Positions 27,261 to 46,246 of a stretch of DNA of 64,000 bases are shown piece by piece. Position 1 is the stretch's first letter. Each line of letters starts with the position of its first letter. The notes below the pieces were generated by a model, which searched no databases, was not told the origin of the DNA, and saw only the letters and a list, made by a program, of their open reading frames with translations. The translations under genes were made by a program, and so were the position numbers. Source of the DNA: Adineta vaga (lineage: Eukaryota > Animalia > Rotifera); the NCBI GenBank assembly GCA_021613535.1, contig CP075492.1, forward strand, positions 6,510,001 through 6,574,000. Reading direction: 5' to 3'.

Positions 27261-29751
27261 TCATTTTGATGATAAACCTTTAGCACATAAATCTTCATGA
27301 GCAACAGCTTCTCGCATTTGTAATGCTTTGTTACGTAATTCAGTTAAATGCTGTTGTTGAGTATCAATTAAATGAATTAATTGTTTAGCATATTCATCTC
27401 GATCATAATTCATATTCGTTGATAAATCAAGTAAACTTTGATGATTTGCAACAATTTGTGGTAAATCATCGATTAATTCATTATGAGATTCTAATGTTAA
27501 ATCTTCGATTTCTTGTGAACGTGCAAAAGCTTCTTCAAATTTACGTGTTGCTTCTGATTTTTTATTATGTCCAACAGGTCGTTTATTATTGATTGGTTGC
27601 GCTTGTTGTGCTTGAGCTTTCGGAATATTTGATTGTTGTCCACCATAACGTGCTGTTGGTATAACTTGATTTTGATTATTATTATTATTATTGTTCATTC
27701 CAACTAAATCATCGTCATCATCATCATCCATATCATCGTCTTCATCTAAAACTTGACCTAATCCCATATCATCATGTCCACCACCTCCTTGTCCTGGATG
27801 ATTTCCTCCACCACGTTGTTTGATTTCCTCAACATTTAATTCTTTAACACGATCAGCATAACGTAATGTATTTAATGTATGTTCAGCATCACTATTTCCC
27901 GGTGAAACCATTGCTATCATACAAACTTTCGATCGTTCACCAATAAATGAATCACGTAAAACTTTCGTTAATGTTGAACCACGAAATGGTATATGTTCAG
28001 CATTACGTCCCAATGAACGAATACATTCTTTCAATGTTAATAATGATTTATTGATTTGTGCACCTTCCATCAATGTTGTTTTATCACTTGTTTGAGTATC
28101 ACGTCCACGTTCACTACCAGCTAAATCAATTAAAGAGATTTTACCATATTCTTTTGTTATATTCTTCTTCTTTAATGTTATTTGAAAAACGGCATGAGAC
28201 CGTGAAGAATTTTCATTTGCCGATGTTGTACCTGATGTTCGTACACTCATACCACGACGAATTAATGCCATAACATCTTCAACTGTTTCCACTTGTTCTT
28301 CTTTTTTCCCGACAACTTGAACTAAATTTTTATGATCTTCTAACACACGTAAACGCTTCTTTTCATTGAATAAATCAAAGACTTTGGTACAATAGATTTC
28401 AAAAAATGTACAATAAACATCAAATTGACCTTTATTTTGAGATTTATTTAAATGACGAAATATATCATTAGCTGTTAATGCATAGATGCCTTTGGAAAAA
28501 TCCACATCACGTTGACTTAAATCACCACCCATAGTATAGGTTTTACCTAAATGAATAGTTTTACAAATGAAGAAAGGTTAATTAATCATAAGGAAACATT
28601 CATTTCCGGTTCATTTTTTGATATGCAGAAAAGACATTTCCTCATACGAAGGTTATGAATTCAATATTGACAAAAGGCAAGTCGATCGTCTCACCCCTCC
28701 CTCCCCCCTCTCCTCCTCTCTTCCTTTCATTTCTATCAGATGATTTCCTTTTTAAACATTCTTTTCACTTACCAGAACCAGTTTGTCCATAAGCAAATAC
28801 CATTGGATTATTTCCTTGAAACAATGATTGTACTAATGGTCGAGCAGTAAAATGATAAACTAATTCATTATTACATGATTCATGAAAACCATAATCGAAA
28901 CGAAATTTTTGATTATCAATATATTTCGTTAGATCAACTTTAACTTTTGGTAAATGAACAATAACAACTTCCCTATTTGGAATTGTTAATACATCAATAT
29001 CTTTTTTACTTAATTCTTTCTTGGTTATCGGTCGTTTACGTACACAAACACAGATTTTTAAATCTTTTTGTGGTTCATTCATTGTTAATACGCTAACATC
29101 TAATTGCTGTCGATATTCACTGACCATTGCTTGAAATTCCCAGGCAGGTATTGATTGATCAACTTCCGATAATTTCTGTCGACGTTCATCTTGTCTAGCA
29201 CGTCGTTGTTCACGATTTGCAGCTATACGTTCAATTTCTTTAACAACTTTTGATTTATTTGCATCTGTCGTAGGGATTGGTTGTTGTACAGATGCAATCT
29301 GTTGTTTTTGAGGAGATACTTCATTATTAACTTGTGCATTTGATATCGATACAGCAGCTGGTCGAGCAACAACAGGTACTTGAGATGGTTTACGTCCTGT
29401 TTCTAAATCTGAACCTTGTTGTTTTGTACGACGATTTGGCTGTGATACAGTACCACCATTAGTATAATGATCACCATTATTATTATTATTATTATTTGCA
29501 TCATGATCAGTAGCACCATTTGACGAATTTGTTACGGATGTAAAAAGATTTGGATTAAGTTGGAAGATTGCATCTAAATCTACTTCTTTGCCTTTGCCTT
29601 CATTTTTCTCTTGCCATTCAACCGTAACACTTTTTGACTCTTGATTAATTTGAGTTATAACGGCTTGATGTATTCGACCATTTGATCGTTGAATATCAAC
29701 CGTTTGACCTGTATGTAGACAAGCAAGTAATTGTTGTTGCTGGGAACTCAT
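27261..29751 (-). CDS. KIF2A: Kinesin-13 family microtubule depolymerase (KIF2A/MCAK-like), 2 coding exons
   Basis: N-terminal IQRSNGRIH...VTVEW..KGKEVDL domain, neck KSKVVKEIERI, KICVCVRKRP, the kinesin-13 KVD (PKVKVDLTKY) and KEC (LKECIR) motifs, P-loop GQTGSGKT across the intron, NSSRSH and DLAGSE. Confidence 0.95.
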
Positions 29752-31105
29752 CAGATGAATCTCTTAACACATCAAATGTTTGTCTTAGAATCAGATCTAA
29801 AAGAATTAATCAATAAAGAAAAACGAGAGAATACAAGTTTCAAGATAAAAAAAAATATGTCGCACATTATTGATGTTTTTCTTCATCATCATCGAGTGTT
29901 ATATTTTTTTTGTTTCTCCACCATTTCTTCGGTCGTTACTTCATATTCAATGCCAATGAGAGAACACGAGTATCCATTCCTATCGACGAACGATTCGTTC
30001 AGATATCTTCGTAGAGGAGGCGTTGCTAAGCAATCAAGTAGACCGTCAAACACAAGGTGATGAGAGAGAGTGAGAGCAGAAAAAGAAAAAAACTATCGAC
30101 ACATTGATGATGGTTAGAGGGATGACAAAGAATGATAAATAATGATTGTCGCTTGTTCTTTACATATATTGTGATTTCAAATGTCAACAATGTTTTATTT
30201 GTTTATTAATATATATTAAATTCTTCAATTAACTTTCAAGTTGTAAATAATAAGATTCTTCAAATGCGAACAAATGATTGTAAAAATTTTTATACATGAA
30301 GAAAAAATGTCATTCTTTCGATGACAAATGTGATTATTTATTGGAAATTAAGGGTTGAATCAATATAGTTCTAATATTCTGAGTTACAACTTTTGCAATT
30401 AGATGTAATATAAATTCAACAAATTAGAAAGAAAAAACAAGTTGAATAATTCTATGGTTTATTAAACTTCCATCAATTAGATCATTTAGACTTGGCGAGA
30501 GAAGAATAAACATTTTGTTTCTCTTACCTAGATGTCCTAATTTTCAGGGTAAGAAAAATCTCCATTTATATGAGATATAACTAAGCATTTGCCTCTCTTT
30601 CGTACGATGTCGCTAGTAGTAACACGTGTAGAAAAAATAAATAAATAACAAAATAAGAATCCATATTATTTTCCTAGAAAAAAAAAATTCTCAATCATTA
30701 TTTTCTTGTTTTAGTTATCTGAAAAATAAAAAAATATTTATTGATCGTACTATTTGTAAGTTCTTCATCCATAAATAATGTCTAGAAGAAAAAAAAGAAA
30801 TAAATCTATCTCGTTGATGAATAAAAGAAAACAGAACGAATTTTTCTTGAAATAATCATCTTTTTCATTCGTTTTTTTTCGTAGATGACTCATTCAGAAT
30901 GCTTTTGATATATTCTTAAATTAATTTTTCACAAAAAAAAACAACAATTACACGAAATTTCTTGAAAAAACAAAGATCTTCTCAATGAACTATTTAATTT
31001 ACGCATTAACTGGTATCTGACCAGAACAGGTATTATTCAAGATTTAAAATTGAAGAAAATTTGTATCAATTCACCTTTAGTAAGAACTGTTTTCGCCGCG
31101 ATGTG

Positions 31106-32967
31106 ATGGCTAAAAGTGGCTTTATGCCAGCATGGATGAAAATTCAAAGTTCAGATGTAGGAATATTTTCGTTTAATCAAGTAAATATGCATATTCTTTT
31201 GGTTATTTTCAATAGAAAACAAATGGTAATCCTAAATTAATTTTTGATCGATCAAGTAGCAATAATCGTCAATCACAAACATCAAATCGAAGTGAAACAA
31301 GTTCAACATCATCATCCCCACCTACAAGCACAGGTCGGCAAAGGCATCATTCATCGGATGTATTCGATCAGACGACAACTCGACAATCGTCATTTTATTA
31401 TCCTAAAATAATCGGTAACATTGTCGTTGTTGTCGTCATCTGATAAATATATCTGTTCATATTTTTTTTCTGTCTATTTATTTCAATTAAATGAGAATTT
31501 GTCTTATTTAGGACAACATCGAAATGGTTCCGATGGATATTCAGAGAATTTCTTTACATTCTCTTCATCACAAACACAATCAAGAAGATCATACAGTCGA
31601 GAACGTGCACTAAATTCATTTGCAAAAGTAATTTCTTTCTATGAATTCTTTAATACGATCTGTTTTTATAATAGCATACAGAATCGAATGGACATGATAG
31701 TTACAATGGATATCGTTCAATAAATACTTCTCAACGTCGTTTACATTCCGTTTCATCTTATAATAACGATCATCCATTGTCCAACACTCGACATAATTCA
31801 ACAAATGGTAATATTTCAGATCGATTATCCAATGATGAACGTGAAAAATTCATTGAAACTAATGAAAAAACTCTGGATATGATCATTAAAACAAATGACA
31901 ATGAACAAACAACAGATTCATCAGGTTTTGATCGTCTCGAACAAGATTTCGTAAGTATTTTTGATTCTCTTTGTTTTATAATTATTTCAAAATTATTTTT
32001 CTAGCCTTCTCTAAATGGTCGTGAAAAATTGAATTCATCATCCAATAACCGTTCTTCATCTGTATGGAATAATGCCGCTTCAAAATTTCGTACATCTTAC
32101 AATGAACCATTTAAATTATTTGATCGTTCACTATCAAATAATTCTCGTACCTATAGTTCAAATCGTCTTTCAACACGTAAAGATCGTTTATTAAGTACAC
32201 CAAATGGTTTAAATGGTAGCTCATCATCGTCAACAGGAGGAACGCCAACAACTCGTTCGATTACATTAGATTTACAAACAAATTGTATAACACAAACAAA
32301 AAATTTAGATAAACGTAGTGACTTTTTTAATTCATTAAAAAATGATTCAACAAGTGAAGAAAATAAAAATGGACTTAAACGTCAATATAATCAATCAATA
32401 AAATCAGCAACAGTAACAAATTCAGATAGAAAATTTAAAACATCCAAAGCAACTTTACTTCTTTTATCTGTACCAGAAACATCAGAAGAAAAAGAGTTCA
32501 GTGAATTTTGAAGAAAAAAAACGAATTATTTTTTATCTACGTTTCTCTTTAGATTATTAATACGTATGGGTTGGAAAGAATATGATGAAATCAATTATGA
32601 AATTACAGATAAGGACAAAGAAGAATATGAAAAACAGATGAAACTTTTACGCAAAGTAAGTCTTTAATACGAAAAGATGAATTAAATCTGATAACAATCA
32701 AAATACTTTTTTTCCCCTCTAATATTAATCATTCATTTTCATGGTTGAATTCTCATCAAAAGAACAAAAGCTCATATTTATTTTTAACTTACACGCTTTC
32801 GATACACATGAGTGATTATTTCATTTGTCTTCTAGACGAACAATTCATCCGCAGCATTAATGTCAGCATTATATCGTCGTACCTTACCTTGTATCGATAT
32901 ACGAGATCTTCTTCGATTTGAAATGATTGATGCACATTCAGATTCAGATGATGATGATGATGTTTAA
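31106..32967 (+). CDS. GPBP1: Vasculin / GC-rich promoter binding protein 1-like (multi-exon)
   Basis: N-terminus MAKSGFMPAWMK resembles vasculin MAQHDFAPAWL. C-terminal SEEKEFRLLIRMGWKEYDE...ITDKDKEEY resembles the vasculin domain. Acidic end SDSDDDDDV*. Confidence 0.75.
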
Positions 32968-35900
32968 AGAATATCTCTTCTTTCAATTTTTTCGTTTTTT
33001 TTATTTATATTCAAAAATTAAGACCGGTTTATTTTCTTCTCCTACGCCTTGATGATTAATCAAGAATTTTGTTGTGTCCTGTTTTTCTTCTTATTTGCCA
33101 TAGTGAGACAATTGGCATGAATACGTAATATACATTTCTTTCTTTTTCTTGCATTTTGTGTTCTTATTTTTTGCAATTGATCTCTGTTCTCAAACAACAT
33201 AGACTAATTGTTTTTTTTCCTTGTTATATATACACATGTGTGATGTTTATCTACTTTCTCGTTTTCTCAACAACAAAAAAAAACGTTCCGTACGACGTGT
33301 ATTGTCACATATGAAAAACAAAACATCAAACATTTATTTTGTAATTGTTGCTCTCTCTCTCCTCTCTCTCTCTCGTTGCTTCTCCTGCTTTTCTTCTCTG
33401 TCTTCCTTTGTGACTACAATTATTATTGTTGATGATACTTCTCCTTCGGTTTCTTTCTTGATGTTGTCGCATGTTAATGCATCGCTTTTGGTTACTTCTT
33501 GTATCGTGTATCTATTTTTTTCTTTCGCTCTCGTTCCTCTCTTGAACATATTGAAATTACAAAAGGAAAAAAACAAACATACTTGACAAGCACGAAAAAA
33601 AGAAAACATGTCTTTTTATAACTCACTTCAGATTGCTCAAGATGCTAAAAAAGATGTAGTTTATTTTATGTTTATAAATCAATCGATTGATATCGTCATG
33701 GTAAATGAGTGTCACGTGTCATTCATTGTTCTTTTGATTGACAGTCGAAAGATTCTAAATTGTCATATTGAAAGGTATCTGTAATTGTTGTCTATACTAT
33801 GAAGAAGAATATATCAAACAAGTAGCTATATTATTGATCTGATAGTGAAGATTTCATTTTATTTGAGCAGAAAATTAAACAAAAGTAATCGATTATATTG
33901 CTACTTGATACGATTCCAAAATTGGTTTATATCAATATGTTCAACATGATATATAACACTTCTAATAATATCGATATAGGGTTTCTGTTTGTTTATTTAT
34001 CTTACATCTTACAACAGATTTGAAGCCTGAGGTTGTATTATCCTTGAAAAAACATGATATATATATATATTCAATTTGATTTCTTTCTCGCTCGCAACTC
34101 ATTCACACGTGTCTAACAAACGATACATTCAAATAGAAGATATTTTCCGCATGAAAAAAATCCATGAATGAGATAAAATAAAGTAATATATGTATACAAA
34201 CATGTTAATGTCAGTAATAACCTTGGAAAATAAGTAGATTCTGCGTACATTATGATCTTTACTTGCTAAAAAATTTCAACTTACACTACTGATCTGATCA
34301 TTATTTAATAATCTCACTCATATTGCATACCGGATGTTCTATTATCCTAATAAAATGTATGAAACGTTTTGACCATCGGCAATATGATATTTACAATACC
34401 AAATATTTTAGAAATAATATTGAAGAATTTCCGTTCATTGTTTATTTTCTCTTTACATTTCTATTTTATACAACACACGAGATAATGAATTCCATTATCT
34501 TTTCTAACTATGACTTAATAACAACGAAAAAAAAAGAAAGGAAGAAAGCTAATTTACACATTATTATTTAATTCACAGATGATCTTCATCGGACTGATAA
34601 AATGGCAGCAAACTTTTTAGTTAGATTATCGAATTTCATTTGTGAACATTTGAATACATTTCTCTCGATAATATGAGTTGTCGTATACATCACCATAGTC
34701 GATCTATTCCATTTAATGTCCGAAATCTAATTACGGAAAGTAATGTGAATCGACGACATCGTTGTTAGCAGTATATCAGAAGTATTTCTTTCTTTCTTTC
34801 TTTCAAACAATTCAACAATATGTTAATGGGAAAAGAGAGAGAGAGAGAGAGGGAAAGAGAAGGAAAACCCTGAAGGCTTGTCGACCGATATTTTAAGCCT
34901 ATAACTTAAGCTCAACGAACTAATCGAAATGAATACAATTTATTTACCGATTAATTTATAATTTCAAGGTCAGTGATCGAAAGAAGAAAATGCACTGTAT
35001 ATCATTCATTAATAATAATAACGTCGACAAATGTCATTGTAAATGACTTATCATTACACATACTGATTAATATTGTATAACATCTTATCCGTTCAAAAGA
35101 CATGAATGCCTCGATAGTCGAACACAATGTAAGAAATCATTCGAAGTTAATCAACATCAAATGCATATATGAATAATTAACATTAAGGAATTTCTTCTTG
35201 TCATCATGATCATTGAATTTTCATGCTAAATACTTATTTACATTGTTTGCTTTTTTTTATTGATTAGCTTAGCGAAAAATTGAGTCTGATCAAAACTATA
35301 GTTGGATATATAATATTACCATATTAGTTATTAAAATGTCAAAATCTCTGTGGAATACTTGACTAATGAGTGAGTAAATATAAGTTCAAAGATGTGTTTG
35401 ATCGAATCAATTTCTAATCGAAAAAAGAGCAAATGAAACAGTCGTTCTTGTAGTAAATTGAATTTCTAACGTCTCTCAATTATTCTGTATCCAAAATGTC
35501 ATTTATTCCAAGTTAATTTCTTTTCATTCTCCTTTGCCTGTTTGTATTGATTATGAAAATTTATTTAGACATTATTGCATGGAAATTATTTGCACGCAAT
35601 TCCTGTTAGGAAAGAATTTTATAGAAATTTATTTTCTTTTGTTTTTCTTTTTCTTCCGTTAGAATTCCTTGAAATAGATTTGAACTGAAGTGTAGCATCA
35701 AATTGACTTCCTAGTTTAGATGGATGCTATTAGTTCGAAAAACAATGCTCGAACTCAACGGATTACCATTGTTGATGACTTGTGTATATAAATACGTAAA
35801 TCATTGTCATCTATTTTCCTTTTTTGTACGGTTTTTTTTACCAGTTTTGTATGCTTACACATCGACAGTAATGGATGGGAAGGAAGGAAAGAACATTGAA

Positions 35901-36472
35901 GGTCTACTGGAATTCATCATTAAATATATCGTATGCAAACCATGCTGTTGAAGAAGGCGTAACATTGAATCGAAGAAACAGAAAGAGTACAATAACAACA
36001 TAGAATAACAACTACAGTGAAAGGAAAAAAGAAGAAGACGAAGAGAGAATGAATAGTATATGCACGTTTATATCGTTCTTCCCAGTATACTTGTTCAACG
36101 ACTCGTCTTCTATCATGTGCTGAGCAGAAGAAGAAAAAAAACCGAGAAAGAGAACAGTACTACTGAATCTTCATTTCTCTCTTTTCTTTTTCTTGCTAAA
36201 TAATTGAACGTATATACATGCACGACTCCCGGACGGCGTTAATAGTAGTACTGTGATGTATAGAAGTAAAATAGGAACAGGAAAAGGGAGAGAGAGAGAG
36301 AGCAAGCGAGCGAGGCGCAGCAAAAAAAAGAAGCATTCTTTTTTCTTCTTCTTCTTCTCTTTTTCTATATGTAGACCTAAATAGACACAGAAGCCAAGAA
36401 GGAAGAGGAAAAGAGAAAAAAAAGAAGCTAAAAATGATGAGTAATTATTATTGATCGTTTGTCGATACGAAG

Positions 36473-38402
36473 ATGGGTTGTACGAGTTCGAAAGAAAATA
36501 CAAATCCGTCGCCTCCAACAACAACAATATCGGATAATAGTCAGCAATTGATTAATGATCAGTTTCGTAAATGGCTAAAATCTAATCGACCAAAAGCTGA
36601 TGAATATGTTCTTAATGATATTATTTCTCCCACACAATCAAACAATGAAATCGATGATTATCGTCCAATAGTTCGTAAAGCACTTGATCTACTTACTGAT
36701 CGTCATGATATAAAAACAACAAATAAATTAACAAAACTTCTACACAAAGAAGTACCATCGGCATCTTCAAAAAAAATTGAACGTACAATAGATGTCTTAA
36801 AACAAACAGCAGACAAATTACGTCATGGACAAATATTACTTGACGGTGATCATCAACAAACGACGACAACCACCAATGGAGAAGTATAACATCAATAAAA
36901 ATAGGAAATAGTTTTCTATCGAAAATATATCATCTTTTTCAGATAATTGATAGTACAAAAACATCCAATAACAAAGGAGCATCAGGCGAACCCGGTTTTG
37001 TCTTGAAAGAAGCATTAGAAAAAGCACGTATATCATTTTATAAGGTAATAAAAACGATGAATATCTTTTAACGAAGAAGAAACAATACTTTCTTTGTCTG
37101 CGCTTTTTCAAGGGTAAGCAAGCCGCTATATTTGCTAATCCAAATGGTGGCTATGACGTACGCATAATTGATGAAAATGATGACACTTTGAATCAAGATG
37201 GAAATCTTCTTCGATCAATTATTGTTACTGAAGTAAAAATGCGTCCGAAATCAACTATCGGAACAACAACAACACAAAAACCACAATTCACTTCAGCACC
37301 ACCACCTCCGCCACCACCACGGGCGCCAAAAATTCTTGATGAACATGAAATTGGTGATGATTTTCGTCGTTCAATTGATGCTGCTCTTAAAGGACTTGAA
37401 GCTATTTATCAGCCCGCATCATCTGAACATACTCAAGAGAATCGTCTTGATAAAAGAACACCATCGAATGTAACAAAATCAATAACAGAAGATCATACAG
37501 CTAATTTAGCTGAAATTATTCATCAAGGAAAAGCAATTACAAATATTAATGAGGAAAAAGAACGAGCGATTAGTCGAACTGACATTCAACCAAAACTAGT
37601 TGGTGCTGTGGATAATATGAATGAAATTATGATTACTACAATTGAATCAACGAGTGAAAGTCGAATTGGTGAACCCATCCCACCATTATCTACTGATACA
37701 GTGGAGAAATTAGTTCTGAAGATGCCAAATGAAGAACAGCATGAACAAAGTCTTCCGACACAAACAATCTCATCTCATTCTGGTGATTTTTCATCACCTT
37801 TACACAATGAAAAATCAACATCACCATTATCGTCTTCTACACAAAAGCCCGATTTGAATCAAACACATCCTCAATCGAATAATACAACTAAAGAAAATCA
37901 ACATAATTTCAATAAACAAATATCGACCGATAAATCTGACAGAGAAACAATCATAAATCAAAATTTCACGTCGATTAATCAAACAACTGAAGAACATAAT
38001 AAAACTCTTTTAGATTCGTCATTACCACCTGTTGTCGCTTCTATTGATACAAATACAACAGTTAGATCACCCAGTCACAATGTTACTTATACAGAAATCA
38101 TTCATTCGGAATCGCAAGATGGTGAACAATCACGTCGTATTATTACCGAATCTTACGATGAAAAACCTTCAGAACTGAACGATGATGAAACAACATCACG
38201 GAAAATCATAACGAAATCAGAATTTTCTAATCATCCATCTTTAGGTGAAAAAACCATGGAACAAAGTGTTCAAGTCATAACTGTTAAAGTACGAAATGAA
38301 ACAATAACAACGACAAATCAATCTCCGACATCAGACAAAAATCTCACATTTGAACAATCTTCTCTTCCCAATGAGATCAATTCTATAAACACAACGCTTT
38401 GA
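36473..38402 (+). CDS. Uncharacterised ~600-aa protein with an N-terminal MGCxxS myristoylation/palmitoylation motif and a long S/T/N/Q-rich disordered tail (3 exons)
   Basis: Starts MGCTSSK. Exons ~36473-36883, ~36943-37044 and ~37113-38402 splice in frame. Contains the poly-Pro stretch APPPPPPPR. Confidence 0.8.
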
Positions 38403-38767
38403 ATCATTTTTTGCTTTATTTGTTTGTGTGCGTGTATGTATTTCCCTTTCTATCTCGCTCTCGATAAGAATTATCTTGGTCTACCACTTACTGTGCAATT
38501 CTTACTATTTTTTACTATTGTCTGTGAGTGTACGGAGTTGAAGAGAATGTCTCAAGACAAAAACTTATATATATACATATATGTGTTTCATTGTGAATTG
38601 ATTTCAGTTATTTAGTTTCTTTTTTCGAAATAAAAATCAGAAAGAGAAGAAAATCTCATTTGAGATTATTCAAAGTTTCCTGTTCTGACAAAAAAGAAAC
38701 AAAGTCATTAGTTGGAATGATAAGATGATTTTTATTAGAAAAAGAGAAAAAGAAAAGAACTAATGAT

Positions 38768-39789
38768 TTATGCTAGACTTGTATCTGGTATAGATTGAAA
38801 GAAACATGCTGTACGAAATAATGTCGTATTTTCATCTCGTTTGGAATTTAAAGAATGATCGACAGCTGTCGCAGGAATAGTAATTGATAAAGATGCATCA
38901 TCAGTGTAACTATCCATTGATGATGAATTTCCACATTGACTAGTTCTCCGCATACTTGCATAAAATTTTCGTGCTACTTCTGACGTATGCTCGTTAACAA
39001 TTGCCGGTGATACCGAACCTAAAGTTGTCTTCTATATAAATAGAAAATTCATCGAAAAAATTGATCAAGAAAAAGATTGATCATTACCTGCATTTGTTTC
39101 ATTTCTGTAGTTGTCTGTTGATCATTTTCTTGTTTGATAGGTGCTTGTTTTTCGCCACTAATTGTTCGAAGATTTTTAACTAACGTATATAATTTTGGTG
39201 ATTGATGTTTCGTTGAACCATATATAGATGGCCAATTATAAGAATAATACGTTGCTGAGTATTTTTCAACGGTTGACTGACGCGCTAAAATAGATCAGAT
39301 GAAATTCTTTCCGATTTATGCAGTTTTGATTTTTGATTAACTGCGAGATTTTTAATAATGAAATAGTTAATCAAGTGTAAATATCATGTAATTGGAAAAG
39401 AAAGGTTTCAGTAGTTTTAAAATCTTCTATATAGAAAAGAAACTATTCATAAAAAAGAAAATGACCTCTTAGTTGAAGAAGATATTCAAGTATATTTCAG
39501 CAAACTATTTTAATTAAGAAACAAAAAACTCTTTTTTTATCTTCTTCTTCTTCTTCTTCTTCTCCTTTTATAATGGATTATAAGATAAACAACTTATTTT
39601 ACCATTTTTCTTCGCAGTATTTCGACGAAATAAACGATCGCGCAGAATTCGCAATTGAGAATGACATTTGATTCGTATACAACAAAATAAACCAATGATA
39701 ATAATTATACTAAGTAATAATAATATTCCAATCCATAATGGATGCATAAATTCATCTTCTTGATTATAAAATCTGTCGATTGCACGCAT
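38768..39789 (-). CDS. Uncharacterised single-pass membrane protein (~215 aa, 3 coding exons)
   Basis: MRAIDRFYNQEDEFMHP-LWIGILLLLSIIIIIGLF-CCIRIK gives a TM plus juxtamembrane CC. Exons 39789-~39603, ~39285-39089 and ~39031-38768 splice in frame. The 5' end is uncertain. Confidence 0.7.
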
Positions 39790-40564
39790 GGGTTTTCTTT
39801 TCTTCGTTATAAACACATCGAAACGAGAGGGAGACAAATGAAAATGATCAGTGAAAATAGTTTGTTTCTTTTCTTCTTAATTATCCATTTATCGATTGGT
39901 ACTAACATTTGTCAAAACATAATGTGAAAATAATCTTTCCAACGGAAACTAACTTTGCATAAGTAACACGAGTGCCAAAGATACCGAGAATAAAGACAGA
40001 ATCTTCCGTTTTTTTCTTTCCTTTCAAGTTCTTGATCTATTTACGCTAGATTGAATACTAGAAAACCGAAAGAAAAATAGCATTGTTCTTACCGTAATAG
40101 AATTAGAAACAACCATGTATATGATTATTTATTTTGGAACTACTCATTAAGACTAGGAATTATCTATCTAATAGAGCATGAACCGTCTTATAAGACATTG
40201 ACTTGTGATTATTTTTTTTGTAATTATAGTTCAATGTGTCGTGAGCGGCGACATATATCTATTTCTAGATTGAAATCGATTTCGTTCAATATGAAGAGAG
40301 AATTTTTTTTATCTCGAAGACTATACAATCTCGACATAGTTATTTGTTTTCATTACATATTTTGAAATAAATGACAATATACTCAAAAAGAAAGAGAGAG
40401 AAAAGAAAAACGTTGCCATTGCAAGACAATGTCAGAGATAAGAAAAAGAAATGCTTATGAGAGAAAGAAGAAACGAGATGAATAAAAACAGTAGAACACT
40501 AACTTCAAACATTTGAGACAACAACCACCATAAGTAAACGAATACAAACACAGAAAGAAAGCGA

Positions 40565-40589
40565 AAGAGAGAGAGAGAGAGAGAGAGAG
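40565..40589. repeat. (GA)n microsatellite downstream of the Khc stop codon
   Basis: Visible (ga)n run. Similar short microsatellites lie at ~1514-1532 (gaa), ~27126-27142 (ac), ~34834-34851 (ga) and ~39541-39562 (ctt). Confidence 0.85.
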
Positions 40590-40989
40590 ATTGAACAAAG
40601 AAAAACAAAAAATATCTTCCAATCCCAAATAGATTGATGCTGCTGGACAAAGGTTAGATAGAGAGGCACACAAGAAAGGGACTGTTCAAAAAAAGAAGAA
40701 AAAGAAAACGAATATCATTCACATCATCGCTAAGCGATATATGAATATCAAAGAAATAAAATGGTTCTTATTATACGAGTTATTAGAAGTAAAAGTATGT
40801 ATGCGATTAAATTCTCATAATAAATAAAATATTCGCGCCTGTTTGTCAGTCAAAGAAGAAGAAGAAGAGAAAATGTATGTACGAGCACAAACAACAACAT
40901 TGTTCAAAGCACACGCACATCGAACAAATATGATAAATAGAAGTAGAAAGAGAAAAAATGCATTGAAAAATGTCTATGTTTATATCCTA

Positions 40990-45498
<4,509 letters not shown>

Positions 45499-46246
45499 TG
45501 AACCTATTGAAACGAAATCGAATATCTACGAGAGACAGAAGAAGAAATAAAGAAAAGAAAAAAAGAAGAAGAAGAATCAATACAACAGCTGGCGACTCAA
45601 AATGTAATCGAACAATCAACAGCAACAGTAACAGCCGTTTATACTATTGAATATTTTTTTCTTCAATAAAACATATACATGATTCATCTTATCGGCCATT
45701 ACTTAGGTATATTAGGTTTTCTTTGGAGTGGTTAATATGTGAGTGCCAACTAACACTCACGCCCTCTATTGATCGATGCGATATATAAGTGTTACTTTTA
45801 TTGTTTTGTTCAAAGGTACAAACGGAAATGCTATTCTATCTTTGCCTTTTCTCTAATCAAACATTTCCGTCGAATTACAATGAAAAGATCTGAGATTGAA
45901 TTGAATCGACAACGTTTTCAGTACATTGATCCCTTCTCTTCGACGATAGTATGTTATAACGTAACCTATCAAATCTATATTAACTGTTAATCGCTATTAA
46001 GATCAAAAGAAATCATTTAATAATATATACAATTCATTCAATTCGTTTTCTTTTCTCTAGATGTTCTTGTAAGCAATATCATCGAATAATCTACACTCTT
46101 CTGATATTACTCATTTTTAATTTCTCTTTCGATGTCATGCTCGAAGCGTCAAATAGGTAAAGTACATAAATATCATTATCGTCAACATGCTTTATGTTAT
46201 TTGTACGAAACCCTTATAGTTATTTTTTTGTTGCTAATTGTTCCTC

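Noticed and set aside
33221-36400. Short ORFs in the long intergenic stretch
   Set aside because: They derive from 3' UTR and microsatellite sequence, and I could not build a spliced model.
45739-45760. gtgagtg-N8-cactcac hairpin between Khc and the CAP gene
   Set aside because: A 7-bp stem only; not distinguishable from chance.
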